Shown piece by piece: positions 34,401 through 36,494 of a stretch of 36,494 nt of DNA. Location of the stretch: IMG/VR virus record IMGVR_UViG_3300032300_000344, positions 1 to 36,494 of that record. The stretch is one strand, 5' to 3'. The notes beneath the pieces were generated by a model that searched no databases, was not told where the DNA came from, and worked only from the letters and a program-made list of their open reading frames with translations. A program made the position numbers and the translations under genes. The stretch is from a virus. Its lineage: Duplodnaviria > Caudoviricetes. Each line of letters starts with the position of its first letter. The stretch's first letter is position 1.

Positions 34401-35940
34401 CATCTCTGCGCCAGCAAACTTGCTCCGCACCTTGGTGACCAAGGAGCCGGGGTTCATGATGGCCAACTTGGTTCGTGATTCACTGTCTGCGTGGGTAACG
34501 TCAGGTGTTTCAATGACGCCTATCGCAGGAACGGTCATCAATTTCGGTAAGGCCTTGGTTTCAATGACGCCTATCGCAGGAACGGTCAAGTCTCCCGGCT
34601 TTGAAGCCCTGATGGATGCCGGTATTCTTGGCGGCTATGAGTTCAGCGCCAACGTGGAGCAGTCGGGCCTCAAGCTGCAAAAGGACTTGGAAGTCAAGGC
34701 GGGCAAGAAAGCCCCGCTGGCCTTGCGTCCGTTTAAATCGGTGTGGGACGCCTTGGAAAAAGGCACGACCGCATCCGACGCTGCAACCCGAGTCTTGGTT
34801 TATGAGCGGGTATTGGCTGAGACAGGCAGCGAAGCCGAGGCTTTGGGCCGAGCACTGGAAGTGATGAACTTCCACCGCAAGGGCAGCTCTCCCTTGATTC
34901 GCGTCTTGACCGCCGCAGTCCCCTTCTTCAACGCCCGTCTGCAGGGTCTGGACCTGTTCTATCGCGCCTCCACAGGCAACATGAACAACAAGGACTCTGC
35001 AGCCATTCAGCGTCAGTTCTTTGTGCGCGGCATGACCATGATGGCCCTGTCGGTTGCCTACTGGTTTGCCGTCTCTGATGACGAGGAGTACCAGAAGCAG
35101 GAGCAGGAGACCAAAGACAACAACTGGATCATCCCCGCAATCGGCGCAAAGATACCAATCCCGTTTGAAGTGGGTGTGTTGTTTAAACTTATCCCTGAGC
35201 GGATTGCTGCATACATCTTCGGGAACGACACCGGGCAGGATTTAAAGGACGCCATGTTCCGATCTGCCATGTCCACGTTCGCCTTTAACCCAGTCCCTCA
35301 GGCGGTGAAGCCAGTCTTTGAAGCCGCCTACAACTTCAACACCTTTACGTGGAGGCCAATCGTAGGTCAGGGGATGGAGGAGGTAGCCCCTCAATTTCAA
35401 ACTGGCCCCGGCACATCCAACGTATCCAACGCCATCGGGAAGGCGCTGGGCCTGTCGCCCATGAAGGTTGACCATGTGCTTAAGGGTTACACGGGAACGC
35501 TAGGCATGTACGGCATTGACGTACTGGACGCAGTGATGGATCAGTTTGGGGACAGCCCAAAGCCGTCTAAGCGCTTTGAGCAAATGCCTGTGTTGAAACG
35601 CTTCTTGGTAGACCCCGAGGCACGCGGCAACGTAACTCAGTACTACCAACTCAAAGATGCCGTTGACACAGTCGTAAGAACCATGAACCTGCTGGAGAAG
35701 ACTAGCGAGTCAGATGAGTATCTGGAGTACCTACAGGACAACATAGGGACTTTGGCCGTCAAGGACTACGTCTCTGACACAGAGAGGGTGATGAAGACGT
35801 TGCGGGAGGCCAAGGTGGCTATCCGCTCGTCCGGTATGACTGCGGATGAGAAACGGGACGCGCTGACTGAAATCGGTCAGGCAGAGAACGCCGTCACCTC
35901 TCAAATTCAAGAAATCAAGAAGCTGATTTCAGACCAATAA
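28444..35940 (+). CDS. Large polyvalent virion protein (2498 aa): metallopeptidase-like, HhH-like, ADP-ribosyltransferase-like (ART-PolyVal) and LPD38-like regions
   Basis: HESMH at 30409-30423 with downstream EE; WY...MSPQ...VTVDKWMTR...QSLLW at 31060-31713; RAVHDAFGH...GEENAW at 32467-32541; FKQFFG...MYHGS...QVKSITGNIGDF at about 32820-33345; PFFNARLQG...KIPIPFEVG at 34921-35175. Confidence 0.8.
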   Translation: MPTYTITAPDGNSYSIEGPEGATKAEVAQAVLAKNPASGRPPSKERTFGEAAKDVGAGLVSGVGSIVQIPGQLYGLATGNFEKTGSLGLGEEISKYGEEMKSAGLKAREAERAAKVQEAEKTGQFEAFKQGLSETITDPALLTSFLAEQAPQILPMLLTGGATAALTAGRVTASALAKGATKEAAAAAGKSAATKAGTTAAIQTGAVMQGADVGSGAYDEIYAELSKTMPAEQAAAETINKARAAGLTGYGLSVVANRFLPGSSAFEQILAGKAIKGSRIKSGALTALKEIPGENIEEVGGKIAQNVAARSAGIDKDIFAGTGETAALATIGGGALGGAAGAAAARSTEPEQPVTPEAVDRFKQEEAEFRKQFGAAEPVAAPEEPVTSRELSTDVNVPEQEAPTELPGGYTLQRREERKQVPETFNIFAEGSETPLTTVTSQEEADQKLQTLTQIRAEEQAKLLSESEKISSEVRAQQRQLDVMEATGQAGTDEYIQAKAAFEQSSLDAAQRIAAINDKITDFSKPLTATPSGSRVDVQNKFDMKLGEEASGTFNSEEEAVEYIRARQPELNDLFKQADDAKLAAAAAQEEKARVQTDERIQQLEKTLTPLLAKFNLQDVGLKVVEKIKNNAGGSYLDRLIQVAIDEQNPIQTMRHESMHALKDLDFFTPQQWNVLKERANKEWIKTYLADVPTEFNGVQMSRLDAYKQMGLTQEELIEEAISDAFGAYDKGATPPPGMIAALYKKLKNFFMNFGQALRGAGFESADDVFQRVERGELKSRKPKAPSAERLSLPIMRGEEVAKFEGPPKEGETEPTKLKPSVDLIGKYFDDQTKKRSGARLNYADKQSFDNAVKTATDEVKYQMAREKSGLDWYEEDVKEAFKQTKKFIPELGKADNRLLFSVMAGIMSPQTTARDNWFIAAKAFEHYLATKDIPGNNPETGGLWQGGTQSPNKKIQLEFLDRMVKDMGQKKALEWLFGDHTVKEINQFRQSYGNIKSGIDGKITDVKPGLYAFGPKVGPFVNNLNGIHDVTVDKWMTRTFNRYFGAMLGPDQKIVDVPTEPQRRAVKALVNEVAKNAGIKPYQVQSLLWFYEQQLFTKMGVLSPSYGFSDGGRKFAEARGRGGAPSVSTPAQATEGGLKDKKTGEANESIKPKQPKLSIQRGGGRESREITPLEGAPSVKGFSGPIAGIVETAERYAKENGIPYKRQAEYVKVDPDRAKRIAQAYEDMAHAPQDPKVRKAYKDLIRQTTAQYEALLESGYKFWFLDMSKPDNQKYASSPFNALRDLKDNKEMGVFPTNDGFGSGADFDPKANPLLATTEFEWPTGGPDGPMQPVLANDLFRAVHDAFGHGIEGAGFRAEGEENAWQAHARLFTGPALGAITSETRGQNSWLNYGPSGETNRTAKVEDTVFADQKTGLMPEWTWQEGLSDDETKFSLRTSFPTAREAEDAAYDKAPPSTKEFKQFFGASTIMDEGRPQPMYHGSASGFDTFSEAKPIFISPDPDFAEQFAEDRAKDEGKSSDEMRIYPLWVRAETPFDYENKDHAAMVAEKIIADQKLETENSAVRLKKSTPKVSTFKKEIAGGLWSTIEDPVVQDALKSMGFDSFYVQEYGNKNLAVFKAEQVKSITGNIGDFSLESKNMRFSLPSIPAQVSTRIGETTFKREEKNWVKNLMEAITPTSAAQFRAQYLNRYNQMSVYDKALTKQMGGVKLLAEQSAEMGALMSDLGSGISASAMGIGDRNGGIPVFRNGITTIDRRTKGLIASLAPLAAYNDPAVYQRYQYWAMVKRGVRLNREGKDTGIDTADVAFAKLLEQKHPEFVSVQKDLIAFNNGLVQYMVDTGVLSKERGYIYTKHADYIPFYRQMDGEKTVGPNLFQSLSGVKPPKALKGKDAAEAPIADFLETMVRNTQSAIQAGVKNAAAQRAIGVATQVQAPGMGATRLNVASTAPNVINILEKGQIVSYETPDPLLINAMMSLNQSELPFMGIISAPANLLRTLVTKEPGFMMANLVRDSLSAWVTSGVSMTPIAGTVINFGKALVSMTPIAGTVKSPGFEALMDAGILGGYEFSANVEQSGLKLQKDLEVKAGKKAPLALRPFKSVWDALEKGTTASDAATRVLVYERVLAETGSEAEALGRALEVMNFHRKGSSPLIRVLTAAVPFFNARLQGLDLFYRASTGNMNNKDSAAIQRQFFVRGMTMMALSVAYWFAVSDDEEYQKQEQETKDNNWIIPAIGAKIPIPFEVGVLFKLIPERIAAYIFGNDTGQDLKDAMFRSAMSTFAFNPVPQAVKPVFEAAYNFNTFTWRPIVGQGMEEVAPQFQTGPGTSNVSNAIGKALGLSPMKVDHVLKGYTGTLGMYGIDVLDAVMDQFGDSPKPSKRFEQMPVLKRFLVDPEARGNVTQYYQLKDAVDTVVRTMNLLEKTSESDEYLEYLQDNIGTLAVKDYVSDTERVMKTLREAKVAIRSSGMTADEKRDALTEIGQAENAVTSQIQEIKKLISDQ
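34507..34588 (+). repeat. Perfect 31-bp direct repeat with 20-bp spacer inside the CDS
   Basis: GTTTCAATGACGCCTATCGCAGGAACGGTCA at 34507-34537 and 34558-34588. Confidence 0.95.
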
Positions 35941-36214
35941 CGTCGTTCTCAAAGAGCCAGCCTATCGTTGACCGGTGGGCTGCCTCCCACATGTTTACAC
36001 GTTCTTGTTTGGACATCTTTGCGCCTTGATCCAGCTCGGCGTGGCAGCGAAAGCACAGGGCGGCAATCCTGTAGTCGTGAGCCTTGAGGCCCCTTCCTTT
36101 GCCGTCAATCAACTGGTTTGAGTGAGCAGCCACAACAGTGCCATCCTGAGCCCCGCAGTGCTGACAGGGACACTCTCTGACGGCCTTTAAAAGTTTTTCG
36201 TTTCTATACATCAT
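35915..36214 (-). CDS. Cys/His zinc-binding putative nuclease (DUF1364/YbcO-like, HNH-related)
   Basis: MMYRNEKLL...CQHC...VVAAHSN...GRGLKAHD...LCFRCHAELD. Start is probably 36214 or 36211 rather than 36280, which would overlap the divergent gene. Confidence 0.7.
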   Translation of the reverse strand: MMYRNEKLLKAVRECPCQHCGAQDGTVVAAHSNQLIDGKGRGLKAHDYRIAALCFRCHAELDQGAKMSKQERVNMWEAAHRSTIGWLFENDVIGLKSAS

Positions 36215-36254
36215 TTGTAATAAATCCTTAACAACATGCGATTCCAATAGCACA

Positions 36255-36494
36255 ATGATTACTCGTGTTGACATCCGCAAAGAGTCCGTACAAGAAAGAT
36301 TGTCGGCGCTTCAAAACATTTGCTTGCCCAATGATGCACCAATTAATACAAATTTTGGATGTTGGTGGATTGCTTCTCAGGATGGCAGGGATATTGGTTT
36401 TGCGGGTCTTGTCCGCACCGTTAGCTGGACTGATTGTGGTTATCTTTGCCGTGCTGGCGTTGTACATGATTCTCGTGGACAAGGACTACAGAAA
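36255..36494 (+). CDS. GNAT family acetyltransferase (3' truncated by window edge; absent from the ORF track)
   Basis: My translation: MITRVDIRKESVQERLSALQNICLP...WWIASQDGRDIGFAGL...GYLCRAGVVHDSRGQGLQK; V-x3-R-G-Q-G-L is the acetyl-CoA binding motif A. Confidence 0.8.
   Translation, partial: MITRVDIRKESVQERLSALQNICLPNDAPINTNFGCWWIASQDGRDIGFAGLVRTVSWTDCGYLCRAGVVHDSRGQGLQK

Noticed and set aside
34507-34588. 31-bp repeat pair as a mini-CRISPR or DGR template/variable repeat
   Set aside because: Only two copies, non-palindromic, a 20-bp spacer, no adenine-specific mismatches and no reverse transcriptase in the window.
5077-34588. Same 51-nt spacing in the SNYSNEGR doublets and the 31-bp repeat
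   Set aside because: No sequence similarity between them; one is conserved at protein level and the other is an exact DNA copy, so it is treated as coincidence.
1-36494. tRNA, rRNA, integrase, transposase, intron or intein
   Set aside because: None recognised; intergenic gaps other than 2597-2755 are too short for RNA genes, and no such protein motifs were seen.

Overview
This window is the virion morphogenesis arm of a tailed dsDNA phage (Caudoviricetes) with podovirus/P22-like gene order. It is densely coded and almost entirely on the + strand. Gene order: 3' end of a scaffold-like gene, two conserved head genes, a Mu gpT-type major capsid protein, then a terminator, sigma70 promoter and pseudoknotted RNA element, a cluster of small Lys/Gly-rich proteins, two head-tail adaptor-like genes, a tail fibre module, holin plus GH108 endolysin, a gp10-like hub and needle-like gene, and four large putative internal/ejection proteins. 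The last of these is a 2498-aa polyvalent protein with metallopeptidase-like, HhH-like, ADP-ribosyltransferase-like and LPD38-like regions. A convergent Cys/His nuclease-like gene and a partial GNAT gene close the window. The most notable signals are: (1) short peptide motifs shared between otherwise unrelated virion proteins ([FYML]xxGG, a 17-aa-spaced SNYSNEGR doublet in two genes 15.7 kb apart, and DEFGDxQGAID); (2) a multi-pseudoknot 5' leader right after the capsid gene, probably the Mu-gpT-DE motif; (3) the enzyme-loaded polyvalent protein. Family assignments come from motif recognition and gene order, not from database searches.
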